Source: Parcubacteria bacterium C7867-008 (lineage in GTDB: Bacteria > Patescibacteriota > Minisyncoccia > Phycocordibacterales > Phycocordibacteraceae). From it: a stretch of DNA of 64,000 nucleotides. The position numbers were made by a program, and so were the translations under genes. The stretch lies in contig LFCR01000006.1 in assembly GCA_001189215.1 (NCBI GenBank), positions 133,354 to 197,353 on the forward strand, read 5' to 3'. This document shows, piece by piece, positions 51,466 through 61,914 of the stretch (the first letter of the stretch is position 1; every line of letters starts with the position of its first letter). Below the pieces are notes generated by a model, which saw only the letters and a list, made by a program, of their open reading frames with translations, was not told where the DNA came from and ran no database searches.

Positions 51466-53148
51466 ATGGTTCGCGAATTCCTCAGTAAAATAACAGCACC
51501 AGTACGCGGCCTTCACCAGGCCGCGTACCTGCTTGCACTGCTGACCCTCGCGTCCCAGCTTCTTGCGCTCGCCCGTGATCGCATATTCGCCCATACCTTT
51601 GGTGCAAGCGAAGTGCTGGATATGTACTATGCTGCGTTCAAGATTCCAGACTTAGTGTTTGCTCTTGTGGCATCGTTGGTCTCGGCATACGTACTTATTC
51701 CAATGATCTCCGGAATGGAGAAGAAAGAGGCGCGACGATTGCTCTCAGAAACAGCAACCTTCCTGGTAATAACGGGAGGGTTTGCTTGTATCCTGCTTGC
51801 AATCTTCGCGCCGAACTTCGTCTTCATTCTATTTCCAGGATTTTCAGCATCACCGAATGCAGATATGTTTGTTGGACTCGTACGCGTACTCCTCCTTCAA
51901 CCAATTCTGCTTGGTCTCTCAGGTATTCTGGGTAGCGTAACGCAGATTAAACGCCGTTTCGTCTTGTTCGCACTCTCACCGGTGCTATACAACCTGGGTA
52001 TCATCTTTGGAACAGTATTTCTGTACCCGGACTACGGCATTATTGGTATTGGTATAGGTGTACTCATAGGAGCCACTGCGCACCTCCTCCTTAATGTGCC
52101 AACAGCATTTGGTGCAAAGTTGCTTCCATATCCACGCATTCCTTCATACAAAGTGATACTGTCTGTGGTGCGAAACTCAGTACCACGTTCACTTGCTCTG
52201 GGCATGGGTACTGTTACCACGCTTGGTTTGCTTGCGATTGCAAATCGATTAGGAAGTGGTTCGGTCTCTGTATTTACTCTTGCCAGTAATCTTGAAGCAG
52301 TACCCTTGTCTCTTATTGGGGCTGCCTATGCCACAGCAGCATTCCCGGTGCTCGCTGAACAGCACGGGAAAGGGAAGACAGAGGAGTTCCAAGCCACTAT
52401 CTATGCTGCTGCACGACACATCATTCTGTGGTCTTCAGTGATCCTTGTGCTCACTGTGGTATTGCGAGCACACATCGTACGTATCATTCTTGGCTCGGGT
52501 GCATTTGATTGGGATGCGACTCGACTCACTGCAGCAATTCTGGGCATCATGGTGCTTTCGCTTATTGCGCAAGGAATTATCCTTCTTGCTGCGCGCGCCT
52601 TCTATGCAGCACACCGTTCCTGGAACCCACTACTCGTGCAGCTCGCAGACTGTGGTATTTCCATACTGGGTGCTATTGGATTCCTCGGGCTTGCAAAGGC
52701 AATTCCTGAGGTACGTTACTTTGTTGAATCGCTCTTCCGTGTAACGGATGTTCCAGGGTCTGAGATTCTGTTTGTAGCCTGTGGATTCACTCTTGGGCAA
52801 CTCATCATGGGCACCGTTGCACTCATTACGCTTCGCACGGTTGCTCCAGGAGCTGCGCGTGAACTTATCCGCCCTATCCTTGAATCCTTCGGTGCTGCTC
52901 TTCTGGGAGGTACTGCTGCATATGGTGCTCTTACGCTCATGGGTAACATTGCCCCACTCACCACACTCCCGGTTGTAGTTGCAGAGGGCGCTGTGGCTGG
53001 TATGGTGGGTCTAGCAGTGGCTTGTGCGGTGCTCTTCATGCTTCAGAACAAAGAGATGCGCGCTATAGGAAGCGCTCTCCTGAAGCTTCGTAATCTCCGC
53101 GCTCTTAAGCCATACGCTCCAATAGGAAATGACGAAACACATACGTAA
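51466..53148 (+). CDS. murJ: lipid II flippase MurJ
   Basis: YYAAFKIPD, SPVLYNLGII, RAFYA; ~14 TMs. Confidence 0.9.
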   Translation: MVREFLSKITAPVRGLHQAAYLLALLTLASQLLALARDRIFAHTFGASEVLDMYYAAFKIPDLVFALVASLVSAYVLIPMISGMEKKEARRLLSETATFLVITGGFACILLAIFAPNFVFILFPGFSASPNADMFVGLVRVLLLQPILLGLSGILGSVTQIKRRFVLFALSPVLYNLGIIFGTVFLYPDYGIIGIGIGVLIGATAHLLLNVPTAFGAKLLPYPRIPSYKVILSVVRNSVPRSLALGMGTVTTLGLLAIANRLGSGSVSVFTLASNLEAVPLSLIGAAYATAAFPVLAEQHGKGKTEEFQATIYAAARHIILWSSVILVLTVVLRAHIVRIILGSGAFDWDATRLTAAILGIMVLSLIAQGIILLAARAFYAAHRSWNPLLVQLADCGISILGAIGFLGLAKAIPEVRYFVESLFRVTDVPGSEILFVACGFTLGQLIMGTVALITLRTVAPGAARELIRPILESFGAALLGGTAAYGALTLMGNIAPLTTLPVVVAEGAVAGMVGLAVACAVLFMLQNKEMRAIGSALLKLRNLRALKPYAPIGNDETHT

Positions 53149-54925
53149 CTTTTCAATTATTGCTCACATCGATCACGGAAAGTCGACCCTCGCGGATCGA
53201 CTTCTTGAACGTACCGGTACCATTGAAGCACGTAAGATGCGTGATCAGGTGCTCGACAAAATGGATCTAGAGCGAGAGCGTGGCATCACGATTAAGATGC
53301 AGCCGGCTCGCATGAAGTACAAAGCAAAGGATGGTGAAGATTACATCCTAAATCTGATCGATACTCCAGGACACATAGACTTTGCGTACGAGGTATCCCG
53401 TGCACTTTCCGCCGTGGAAGGAGTAATTCTACTCGTAGATTCAACACAAGGTGTACAAGCACAAACTCTCACCACACTTAGTATGGCAAAGAAGGCAGGG
53501 TGTGTGATCATCCCAGTGCTTTCTAAGATTGATGCTCCTGCTGCACGTATTGATGATGTAACGCTTGAACTAGCTGAACTTCTTGATGTAGCACCTGAAA
53601 CAGTCATGGCAGTATCGGGCCGTACGGGCGAAGGAGTTGAAGATCTCCTAGAAGAGATTGTGCGTTTGGTACCAGCACCTCGTGTGAGTGAAGGTGATTC
53701 ACCACGTGCTCTCATCTTCGACTTCTCCTACTCAACACATCGTGGCATTGCCGTCTTTGCCCGTGTGTTTGATGGGACTCTAAAGAAAGGGGACTTACTG
53801 CGCTTTGCTGCAGCTGGTACACGATTTACTGCACTTGAGACAGGTATATTTATGCCGGATGAAGTAGCAACAGAATCACTTTCAGCAGGAGAGATCGGAT
53901 ACATTGTTACGGGTGTGAAGGAGGCAGGTGTCGTAGCGGTGGGAGATACTATATATGCTGACCGTGCGAATATTCCACCTCTCGAAGGCTTTGATCGCCC
54001 ACGTCCGGTGGTCTGGGCATCGGTATATCCAGAAAGCCAGGATGACCTTACTATGCTGCGTCAGGCACTTGAGCGTCTCCGTCTCTCAGATTCGTCCCTT
54101 TCATTTGAAGAGGAGTCATCGGGCGTACTCGGGCGTGGCTTCCGTTGTGGTTTCCTCGGTATGCTGCACCTTGAGATTGTTACCGAACGCCTTAAGCGTG
54201 AGTTCAACCTTACGCTCATTGTCACTATTCCAACGATTGCCTATACCGTTACTAATAAGCAAGGCAAGAAAGAGACTATTTATACCCCATCCAAGTTTCC
54301 TGCATTTGGTGATGTTGCAGAGATTGCTGAGCCTTGGGTTAAAGTTATTCTTATTACCCCTCCAGAATCACTCTCTGGAATGATCCAACTCTTTCATGAT
54401 CACGAGGGGGCAGTGATGGATACACAAACCCATTTGGATGGGCGTATTGAACTTGCTGCAGAGATGCCACTTCGTGAGCTTATGCGCGGCTTCTTTGATC
54501 GTGTGAAGAACGTTTCTTCAGGATATGCATCACTTTCATACGAATTCCTTGATGAGCGCCCTGCTGACGTGGTGAAACTAGAGATCTATGTAGCTGATGA
54601 ACCTGTACCAGCCTTTGCTCGCGTTGTATCACGTCGTCGCGTAGAGCAAGATGGAGAACGTATGGTGGAGAAACTTCACGAGATTCTTCCACGCCAGATG
54701 TTTGTGCTTAAGATTCAGGCACATGCGCTTGGGCGTATCGTATCCTCAAAGTCCATTTCAGCACTCCGCAAGGATGTCACCGGATACCTCTATGGTGGAG
54801 ACATCACACGTCGTATGAAACTTCTTGAGAAACAGAAGAAGGGAAAGAAGGCACGTGGGGTACACGCAAAGATGGAAATACCACAGGAGGTATTTATGAA
54901 GATGGTGCAGGATAGCGGACAGTAG
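53129..54925 (+). CDS. lepA: elongation factor 4 (LepA)
   Basis: AHIDHGKSTLADR, GFRCGFLGMLH, YGGDITR. Confidence 0.97.
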   Translation: MTKHIRNFSIIAHIDHGKSTLADRLLERTGTIEARKMRDQVLDKMDLERERGITIKMQPARMKYKAKDGEDYILNLIDTPGHIDFAYEVSRALSAVEGVILLVDSTQGVQAQTLTTLSMAKKAGCVIIPVLSKIDAPAARIDDVTLELAELLDVAPETVMAVSGRTGEGVEDLLEEIVRLVPAPRVSEGDSPRALIFDFSYSTHRGIAVFARVFDGTLKKGDLLRFAAAGTRFTALETGIFMPDEVATESLSAGEIGYIVTGVKEAGVVAVGDTIYADRANIPPLEGFDRPRPVVWASVYPESQDDLTMLRQALERLRLSDSSLSFEEESSGVLGRGFRCGFLGMLHLEIVTERLKREFNLTLIVTIPTIAYTVTNKQGKKETIYTPSKFPAFGDVAEIAEPWVKVILITPPESLSGMIQLFHDHEGAVMDTQTHLDGRIELAAEMPLRELMRGFFDRVKNVSSGYASLSYEFLDERPADVVKLEIYVADEPVPAFARVVSRRRVEQDGERMVEKLHEILPRQMFVLKIQAHALGRIVSSKSISALRKDVTGYLYGGDITRRMKLLEKQKKGKKARGVHAKMEIPQEVFMKMVQDSGQ

Positions 54926-54954
54926 GGGAGTTGTTGGCTTGGTATACTCAGACC

Positions 54955-55308
54955 ATGCCCAGACGCAAAGCAGTACCTATAAAGGAATATGCCATTGCCG
55001 CTGGTCTCCTATTCTTTATTGCATGGTTTATCTTTCTCATCATCGGTATTGCTCGTAAAGAAGAAATAGCCCGTCATGCGGTAAAAGATACTCAGGCTCA
55101 ACTCACTGCTCTTGATGAGCGACGCGTAACACTCCAACAGAATCTAACTGATCTCTCCACCGATCGGGGACAGGAAGCGGTACTTAGGCAAACCTATGGC
55201 GTAGCAAAGCCAGGAGAGGAAGTAATCATTGTGGTCCCACCTAAAGCAACACCTGCTCCGCCACCACTTCCATGGTGGAAGAAGGCACTGAACTGGTTCG
55301 AGTTTTAA
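54955..55308 (+). CDS. septum-formation-initiator-like protein (FtsB/DivIC-like)
   Basis: TM plus coiled coil plus GVAKPGEEVI. Confidence 0.65.
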   Translation: MPRRKAVPIKEYAIAAGLLFFIAWFIFLIIGIARKEEIARHAVKDTQAQLTALDERRVTLQQNLTDLSTDRGQEAVLRQTYGVAKPGEEVIIVVPPKATPAPPPLPWWKKALNWFEF

Positions 55309-55310
55309 TC

Positions 55311-55338
55311 TTGACATAAACTACATTAGTACTATAAT
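55311..55338 (+). promoter_or_regulatory. sigma70 promoter TTGACA-16-TATAAT
   Basis: Consensus hexamers upstream of 55369. Confidence 0.75.
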
Positions 55339-55368
55339 ATATCCAGCATAACAACTGGGGGATAACTG

Positions 55369-55815
55369 ATGTTGCTGTACCTTTTGCCGCTGGTACTGAT
55401 ACTGGCTTTTGGACGTTTCGCCTTCCAGCACCGCTGGTGGCACATGATCCGAGAGCGTCAGATCATCTACCTGCTCCTGAACCTGCTCGTCATCCTGACC
55501 GCCGGCTTCGCCTTCTATCTCAAGTTCCAACCAATCACGGAACAAGAGGTCGTGATCTTCGCCGGCAGCCTCGCCATTGGCCTGCTCGCCGTCGAGATTT
55601 GGAACGGGATTCGCTGGGCCGCTCCGCGACTTCAGCGGAACATCCGGAGGAACTGGAAGGTCTGGCTGATCGCCGTCTTCGTTGTCGTCAACTTCTTCCT
55701 GCTGAAGTACGGCGGCAAGGAGGGCGGTATCGTGGTCGTAATCGAGATCATGACCTTCGCCATCGGCCTCATCATCGTGAAGTCGACCGGCATGAGGATC
55801 AGGCTCAGGCCGTAA
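55369..55815 (+). CDS. hypothetical multi-TM membrane protein (GC-rich)
   Basis: Own promoter, GGGGG SD, terminator 55842-55868; C/G-ending codons. Confidence 0.7.
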   Translation: MLLYLLPLVLILAFGRFAFQHRWWHMIRERQIIYLLLNLLVILTAGFAFYLKFQPITEQEVVIFAGSLAIGLLAVEIWNGIRWAAPRLQRNIRRNWKVWLIAVFVVVNFFLLKYGGKEGGIVVVIEIMTFAIGLIIVKSTGMRIRLRP

Positions 55816-55916
55816 CTAACGGGGTGGGACCCGAAAATCCTAGTCGTCCTTGTACAGGGCGGCTTTTTCTTTATCCCCAGGACCAAAATGATATACTGGG
55901 TGCATAATCAAACTCT

Positions 55917-56159
55917 ATGGAAAAGAACATCACTATTTACAGCACTCCGACTTGTCACTTCTGCCAGATGACTAAGGAATTCCTTACCGAGCACAATATC
56001 CCGTACACTGAGCATAATGTTGCTTCAGACCTTGAAAAGCGACAGGAAATGATTGAAAAGAGCGGTCAGATGGGAGTACCAGTTATTACCGTTGGAGACG
56101 ATGTTATCGTTGGATTCGATAAAGAGAAGCTTTCTTCTCTCGTAGGTATCGCTGCGTAG
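55917..56159 (+). CDS. glutaredoxin-like protein (NrdH/YruB family)
   Basis: YSTPTCHFC, GQMGVPV, IVGFD. Confidence 0.92.
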   Translation: MEKNITIYSTPTCHFCQMTKEFLTEHNIPYTEHNVASDLEKRQEMIEKSGQMGVPVITVGDDVIVGFDKEKLSSLVGIAA

Positions 56160-56170
56160 CACTGCAGAAT

Positions 56171-56207
56171 TATAAAAGGGCCCGGCTTTTAGTCGGGCCC
56201 TTTTATA
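56171..56207 (+). terminator. intrinsic terminator
   Basis: TATAAAAGGGCCCGGCT-TTT-AGTCGGGCCCTTTTATA. Confidence 0.7.
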
Positions 56208-56225
56208 TGCTACCCTCGCAGTACC

Positions 56226-56297
56226 GCCCTCATAGCTCAATGGATAGAGCATCTCACTCCTAACGAGAAGATCTTGGTTCGATTCCAGGTGAGGGCA
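56226..56297 (+). tRNA. tRNA-Arg(CCT)
   Basis: Cloverleaf; anticodon loop CT-CCT-AA; A-C mismatch at the base of the anticodon stem. Confidence 0.9.
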
Positions 56298-56328
56298 CTA
56301 ATAAAGAATTGAATGCTACAGTAGCATC

Positions 56329-57954
56329 ATGAATGAAGAAAACGCTGAAAAGATTGCACCGGTCGTACCTCTGGCACCAAATGCTCTACATAAGAGATGG
56401 ATAATACTCGTTCTTACAGGAATTACTCTAGTGGCGATAATTGCGGGAGGGTATCTTCTGTATAACAAAACATCAATTCTAGATGATGTTCAGGAAGTAC
56501 TTCAAGCTAGCCTGACTCCAGAAGGTATTCCTGATGACGATATATTCCTTAATGGCTTCACTCCTACCGGGAAAACCTGGCCTCTTACGGAAGAGTATTG
56601 GTCTCAAGAACGTAAAGACAATCCGTTAGCAGCGATACGTCAATCATATTGTGAACATATTGGATATAAGTATGCTGACTTTGCTGCAAGCTGTTTCGCC
56701 TATCAATATTTCGATTCGTATAAAATATATACAAATACAGAAGATGCCTTTACGATGTATTATCCGACCTTTTGGGTGGCAGACGCGCAACCGAATAGTT
56801 ACGGATTTGTAACTGACGCGAAGGCTTCATGGCGCCGAAATAATGCGTCTTGTGCTATCACGTACGGGCTTATTGATGAAACTGCTCTTGTTTCTTCAGG
56901 AACAGCTTCCACAACAAAGGTTGACTATGCAAGCCACGCTTCAGGTGGTTTTGTCTCAGAGCGCGGTCTCACAAACATATACATACCCTTCTCAAGAGCA
57001 GTAACCAACGAAGAAAAGGCAGCAGGATATACGGAAGACAGAATAATTGCAGTGCCACATTTTCCGTATGCAGACAGTCCCAATGGCTTTCTGCTCACCA
57101 GCGGTGAGAAGCAACCTCTTGTTGAAGCATGCGCAGAAGAATTTGATTACATATTAAATACTAGAGCACTCCAATATTCAGCAGGAGCCCTCACATCAAG
57201 CTCAAACGGCGTGTTATCGATACACGATATGGGGTCATGGTTTGAGGCGTATGCAGACATTCCTCATACCATAAGCCTAGTATTTACGGATAAGAAAACA
57301 GGAAAAGAGGTATCAATTGCATCTGCTGCACTAAAGAACGTACATTCAATTGACGAGCCGTTTGTTAGTGGAACGAAACTATACTTTAAGTCAGGAGCCT
57401 ATGAAAACCCTGAAATAATGAGTATTGATTTAGTAACTGGTGAATCAGACATTCTTCCGCTTCAACACTCAGAGGGTAACGTAATACATTCGTTCTACGT
57501 AAGAGCGGGGAATGTGTATTACCTAACTGGTGAATATTGTAATGATTACAAGGCGACCTGTGTTGATATGAAGTTGCATCAATACAATGTACAGACTAAA
57601 GCCTCACTAGAACTGGCAGGAGGTATAACTTCGCGCGATATTATCGGACTCAATTCTACGAAAGATAAAATAATACTTGCCATGAGAGAAGGGGATGCGG
57701 GATGCGGATGGGGGAGTTATGAATCATACTCATTTACGACCCGAACCATCCAGAATTTAGGCTCCTATCACTATTGTGAAGGTGATCCTGTTGATGATTC
57801 ACTGCAATTCAAGAATCTCATTTCGGACACTAGTGATTTCCAGAAGCTAATACTCCGTGATGGAGCGATTGTTCTACCGGCACCAACTGATGAATATGAT
57901 GGTACGGTCTATATCCGAGCTAATCTCGATGAGTATCCGGCCCAAGTGAAATAG
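56329..57954 (+). CDS. hypothetical membrane-anchored extracellular protein
   Basis: N-terminal TM, AT-richer, beta-rich C-terminus; directly after the tRNA. Confidence 0.7.
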   Translation: MNEENAEKIAPVVPLAPNALHKRWIILVLTGITLVAIIAGGYLLYNKTSILDDVQEVLQASLTPEGIPDDDIFLNGFTPTGKTWPLTEEYWSQERKDNPLAAIRQSYCEHIGYKYADFAASCFAYQYFDSYKIYTNTEDAFTMYYPTFWVADAQPNSYGFVTDAKASWRRNNASCAITYGLIDETALVSSGTASTTKVDYASHASGGFVSERGLTNIYIPFSRAVTNEEKAAGYTEDRIIAVPHFPYADSPNGFLLTSGEKQPLVEACAEEFDYILNTRALQYSAGALTSSSNGVLSIHDMGSWFEAYADIPHTISLVFTDKKTGKEVSIASAALKNVHSIDEPFVSGTKLYFKSGAYENPEIMSIDLVTGESDILPLQHSEGNVIHSFYVRAGNVYYLTGEYCNDYKATCVDMKLHQYNVQTKASLELAGGITSRDIIGLNSTKDKIILAMREGDAGCGWGSYESYSFTTRTIQNLGSYHYCEGDPVDDSLQFKNLISDTSDFQKLILRDGAIVLPAPTDEYDGTVYIRANLDEYPAQVK

Positions 57955-58002
57955 TGTTTGTAAGGAGCGGGGATGGTGTCCGTCTGTGTATATACTACCT
58001 AT

Positions 58003-58713
58003 ATGAAACGAACTGCTGCAATGGTTAATATCGGCGCAATTGTATTTGCGGTAATTCTCTGTGGAGGAGCATTATTTTTCTTCTTCCAAAAGGCCCCACA
58101 GGTCAATATCTCTGAACCGCTGGGAACGACTACTGTCCCTGGTATGCTCACAGCAACCAGCACAGAACCCGTGACAAAGCCTGGTCTAGGGGTGCCCACC
58201 ACACGTCCGTTAGGGTATGTAACCCTCGCACTTGGCGAAACGGCACGCTTTGCAGGGCTCACCATTACTCCTATTTCTATAGTTGAAGACAGCCGCTGTT
58301 CGGTGGGTGTGCAGTGTATACAGGCAGGAACGGTACGCGTAGCAGTAAAGATTGTGGCAGCAATGGGTACCAATACGCAGACACTGACGCTGAATCAACC
58401 ATTTACCACAGAAGCAGAGACTATTACTCTCACCGATGTTAAACCGGTAAAGAAACAGGGAGACATGAAGCCTGCTGAGTATGCACTTACATTCAACGTT
58501 CAGAAGGGAGTCGTAGCAAAACCTTGTTATGTAGGAGGATGTTCCTCACAGATCTGTTCTGATAGACCAGATGCAGTGTCTACCTGTGAATATCGTTCTG
58601 AATATGGGTGTTACCGTACCGCCAAGTGCGAGAGACAAATAAACGATACCTGTGGTTGGACTCAAACCCCAGCACTCCAGCAGTGCCTTGCAAATCCTCC
58701 AGCAGCCATATAG
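58003..58713 (+). CDS. membrane-anchored protein with C-terminal cysteine-cluster domain
   Basis: EDSRC..GVQCIQAG; CYVGGCSSQIC...STCEY...CY...C...CGW. Confidence 0.75.
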   Translation: MKRTAAMVNIGAIVFAVILCGGALFFFFQKAPQVNISEPLGTTTVPGMLTATSTEPVTKPGLGVPTTRPLGYVTLALGETARFAGLTITPISIVEDSRCSVGVQCIQAGTVRVAVKIVAAMGTNTQTLTLNQPFTTEAETITLTDVKPVKKQGDMKPAEYALTFNVQKGVVAKPCYVGGCSSQICSDRPDAVSTCEYRSEYGCYRTAKCERQINDTCGWTQTPALQQCLANPPAAI

Positions 58714-58735
58714 GACCGGTGTATACTGGGACTAT

Positions 58736-59158
58736 ATGAAAACATTGATTCATCGCACCAGTCGTCGTTTCTACGACCCCTCACTTGGTATTTTCTTTAT
58801 CCGCCTCATGGTTGGCCTTATCTTCCTTACGCACGGATGGCATAAGGTTGTTGCGCTCTCGCAGACTATGGCTATGTTCTCAAATCTCGGTATGTGGCCA
58901 GTGGTAGGGGTGTTTATCGGCTGGCTTGAAGTTGTTGGTGGTCTTGCTCTTATTACCGGTATTGCAACTCGCTTCTTCGGTATCGTATTTGCTATTGAAA
59001 TGGTTGCAGCAGCACTTCTCGTTGGTGCAGCACGTGGTTTCAGTGGCATGGAGTTTGAACTCCTTCTTGCAGCGTGTTCACTTGGCATCGTATTCATTGG
59101 TTCTGGTAAGTACTCGGTATATAAGATGGAGCGCCACCTTAATCCAGACATTGGGTAG
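58736..59158 (+). CDS. DoxX family membrane protein
   Basis: IRLMVGLIFLTHGWHK, EVVGGLALITG, GSGKYSV. Confidence 0.9.
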   Translation: MKTLIHRTSRRFYDPSLGIFFIRLMVGLIFLTHGWHKVVALSQTMAMFSNLGMWPVVGVFIGWLEVVGGLALITGIATRFFGIVFAIEMVAAALLVGAARGFSGMEFELLLAACSLGIVFIGSGKYSVYKMERHLNPDIG

Positions 59159-59163
59159 GAACT

Positions 59164-59478
59164 ATGGCGCTTAGTGAAGAACAGGACGTCACGCTCGGAC
59201 GTCTCGAAGAACTGCTTGAAGAGAATCTAAAACTAGCTGAAGATACTAACCGTATTCTTCGTGATGTACGTCGCACGGGACGCATTGCCTTTTGGGCAAA
59301 GGTGATCCTTTGGACCATCGTATTGGTACTGCCATTTTTCTTCATTGGTCCGGTACTTCGTGCCCTTGAACCATATACAAATGGCGCTCTCCCTGCCGGT
59401 ACGACCCTGCTTGGAGTACCTTCTCCAGAGCAGATCCAGAGTGCTGTAGAGCAATTTAAGGCAAAGAATACTCAGTAA
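59164..59478 (+). CDS. hypothetical single-TM protein
   Basis: LLEENLKLAEDTNRILR helix plus TM. Confidence 0.7.
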   Translation: MALSEEQDVTLGRLEELLEENLKLAEDTNRILRDVRRTGRIAFWAKVILWTIVLVLPFFFIGPVLRALEPYTNGALPAGTTLLGVPSPEQIQSAVEQFKAKNTQ

Positions 59479-59524
59479 CGGTATAGGTGAAATACGGCGC
59501 CTGCTATGGTAGGATAGCCGTATT

Positions 59525-59597
59525 GCTTGGGTAGCTCAGTTGGTAGAGCGTTCCCCTGAAGAGGGAAGGGTCCCCGGTTCAAATCCGGGCCCAAGCA
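59525..59597 (+). tRNA. tRNA-Phe(GAA)
   Basis: Cloverleaf; TTCCC-CTGAAGA-GGGAA; T-loop TTCAAAT. Confidence 0.95.
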
Positions 59598-60623
59598 CTC
59601 GTATTCGGTTTCATTGGAGACCTCTTAACATTCACGCTGATTGATTTGTCTCTAGCAAATCTCGTGTTTGTTGCCTATCTAACTCTTGCAGGAGTAACAA
59701 CGTTTCTTTCCCACACGATCTCTGCACGGTTTGATATGAATGATGCGTTGTGGCGCCGTACGCTCTCTGTACTAGCGCCACTTATCGCACAGTACGCGAT
59801 AGGTAGTCTGCTTTCAGGTATTCTTATCTTCTACACAAAGAGCGCAACGCTCTCCGTCTCGTGGCCATTCATTGCCATGCTTGCTCTAGTATTCATTGGC
59901 AATGAATTCTTCCGTGGCTATCGTGAACATCTCGCATTCCAGACGGTGCTCTTCTTCTTTACTCTGTATGCATACACCATATTCGCGCTCCCACTATTAC
60001 TTGGTCGTCTAGGTCCTGTTACCTTCCTAGAGAGCACAGGACTTGCTGTAGCTGCCTTTGCGGCCTTTCTGGGGCTTCTGGCGTGGGTAGGATGGACTCG
60101 TTTTGCTAAGACGTTTCATATGATCGTGGGTGGTTCAGTACTGGTCCTTATCCTTCTAGTCGGGTCATATTTCACTTCACTCATCCCTCCTATTCCTCTC
60201 ACCCTACGAGACAGTGGTATCTATCATTCTGTTAAGCATGTGCAGGGTGGCTATGAGCTGCTTGCTGAGCAGGAGCGTGATTGGTGGGATTTCTATACGC
60301 CTCAAGTTGTTCACCACATTCCAGGCACTACACTCTTTGCTTTTAGTTCAGTGTTCGCACCCGGTACCTTCAGCGCCAACGTTATGCACGTATGGGAACA
60401 CTATGACAGTTCATCCAAGAAGTGGATACGTCAGAGTGCCGTAGCGTTCCCACTATCAGGCGGTAGGGCAGGAGGTTACCGGGGATACTCAGAGGTATCA
60501 AATATAGAGCCAGGTGCGTGGCGTGTATCTATAAAGACCGTATCCGGACAAACTATTGGCCGGATACGTTTCAATGTGGAGAATGTTGCTGTCGCACCCG
60601 AACTGCACACTGAAACTCGCTAG
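59598..60623 (+). CDS. DUF2914-domain membrane protein, apparently 5'-truncated (possible pseudogene)
   Basis: C-terminal GGRAGGYRGYS...GAWRV; in-frame LVFGFIGDLLTFTLID runs right up to the tRNA end with no ATG. Confidence 0.7.
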   Translation, partial: LVFGFIGDLLTFTLIDLSLANLVFVAYLTLAGVTTFLSHTISARFDMNDALWRRTLSVLAPLIAQYAIGSLLSGILIFYTKSATLSVSWPFIAMLALVFIGNEFFRGYREHLAFQTVLFFFTLYAYTIFALPLLLGRLGPVTFLESTGLAVAAFAAFLGLLAWVGWTRFAKTFHMIVGGSVLVLILLVGSYFTSLIPPIPLTLRDSGIYHSVKHVQGGYELLAEQERDWWDFYTPQVVHHIPGTTLFAFSSVFAPGTFSANVMHVWEHYDSSSKKWIRQSAVAFPLSGGRAGGYRGYSEVSNIEPGAWRVSIKTVSGQTIGRIRFNVENVAVAPELHTETR

Positions 60624-61153
60624 GTTGATTTAACCTTGAGCTTTGTCTGACGAGACTTATCAAGCTTTGGAAGCACAATGGTAAGGAGACCATCTTTTGC
60701 GCCTGCTGATGCATTGTCTACGTCTACTTCTTGAGGAAGGAGAATAGTGCGTGAGAATGAGCCCCAGAAAAGTTCACGAATGAAGTAGTCTTCGTCTGTT
60801 ACTGCATCACGTTCTTCACGTGCTCCTTCAATCACCACCATGTCTCGACTAAGAGATAGGCTGATTTCATCAGGACGAACACCGGCAATAAACGTACGGA
60901 TAACGATCTCACCTGCGGTCTGGTATACGTCTACGGGAAGTTCACCGTCGCTGTGCTTCTCATCCAGTGCTGCAAGATTATTCTGGCGTACTGCCTGGCT
61001 ATTTGAGATTGGAGAAGGTGTGGCTGCAGGCATAGTACCGGTCATCTTACGGATTGGCTGCTGCTGGGGGACGAAATCGTCCTCGAACGTATCATAGTCG
61101 TCCGAGATCGGTACGGATCCGGAGAGTCGCTCGAAGAAAGATCGTTTTTTCAT
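60620..61153 (-). CDS. Hsp20/alpha-crystallin small heat-shock protein
   Basis: VDVYQT, WGSFSRTILLP, DGLLTIVLPK. Confidence 0.93.
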   Translation of the reverse strand: MKKRSFFERLSGSVPISDDYDTFEDDFVPQQQPIRKMTGTMPAATPSPISNSQAVRQNNLAALDEKHSDGELPVDVYQTAGEIVIRTFIAGVRPDEISLSLSRDMVVIEGAREERDAVTDEDYFIRELFWGSFSRTILLPQEVDVDNASAGAKDGLLTIVLPKLDKSRQTKLKVKST

Positions 61154-61171
61154 AAGTAAGAGATAAGTGTA

Positions 61172-61900
61172 TTAGCAAACGTTCTTGGCTGCGTGCCTAT
61201 AACGGAAATATTTAAGGACTTCAAAGAGTGCAAAGAAGACGATTGCACCAGTCCAAACGATGAAGAAGGCAAGCAGCGTATGCGAACCGCCTCCATAGAT
61301 TATAAAAAAGTTGAACAATGCATGCAATGCGATCGCAAGGATAAGTCCTGTTAGCGCAGCAATTGCACGAAACATTCGCGGCAGGGCATAGGTGAACGCA
61401 AGTGCAAATCCAATAACGGATGAAGCAATAACATGAAGAAGGGTTGAGCCAACAAACCGAAGATTATCTGTTGCAAGACCTGCAAGGAATTGCCCCGCAC
61501 CAAAGGGTTCTAGAAGGAAGAGCACGTTCTCAAGTGCAGCAAACCCAAGCGCCACGGTGAGCATATAGATCACCAAATCTATGGATTCATTCACTTCTCG
61601 TCTCCAGAGTACAAAGATGGCTGCTAAAGCGAACTTAATAGTCTCTTCTATCGTTGCCCAGGCAAGTACCACCAGAAGTCCTTCAGGAAGAAGTGAGACG
61701 GCAAGGGTTTCAAGCGGTAGTACCACAGGAACAGCAAACATACCGGCTATAAAAGCTATCGTTATTAGGGTACGCGGCTCAGGACATCGTTCATCTTCCT
61801 TAAGGAGGAAGTGCAGCCAAATAAGTGCGGGGAGTATGCCGCCAAGAAAGGCATACCCAAACGTGACCATGGACGGCATCATGTACTGATTATACAACAC
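61172..61900 (-). CDS. PrsW-family intramembrane metalloprotease
   Basis: EETIK, GFAALEN, LLH, LHALFN motifs. Confidence 0.9.
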   Translation of the reverse strand: MLYNQYMMPSMVTFGYAFLGGILPALIWLHFLLKEDERCPEPRTLITIAFIAGMFAVPVVLPLETLAVSLLPEGLLVVLAWATIEETIKFALAAIFVLWRREVNESIDLVIYMLTVALGFAALENVLFLLEPFGAGQFLAGLATDNLRFVGSTLLHVIASSVIGFALAFTYALPRMFRAIAALTGLILAIALHALFNFFIIYGGGSHTLLAFFIVWTGAIVFFALFEVLKYFRYRHAAKNVC

Positions 61901-61914
61901 GCCATGTGGCGTAA

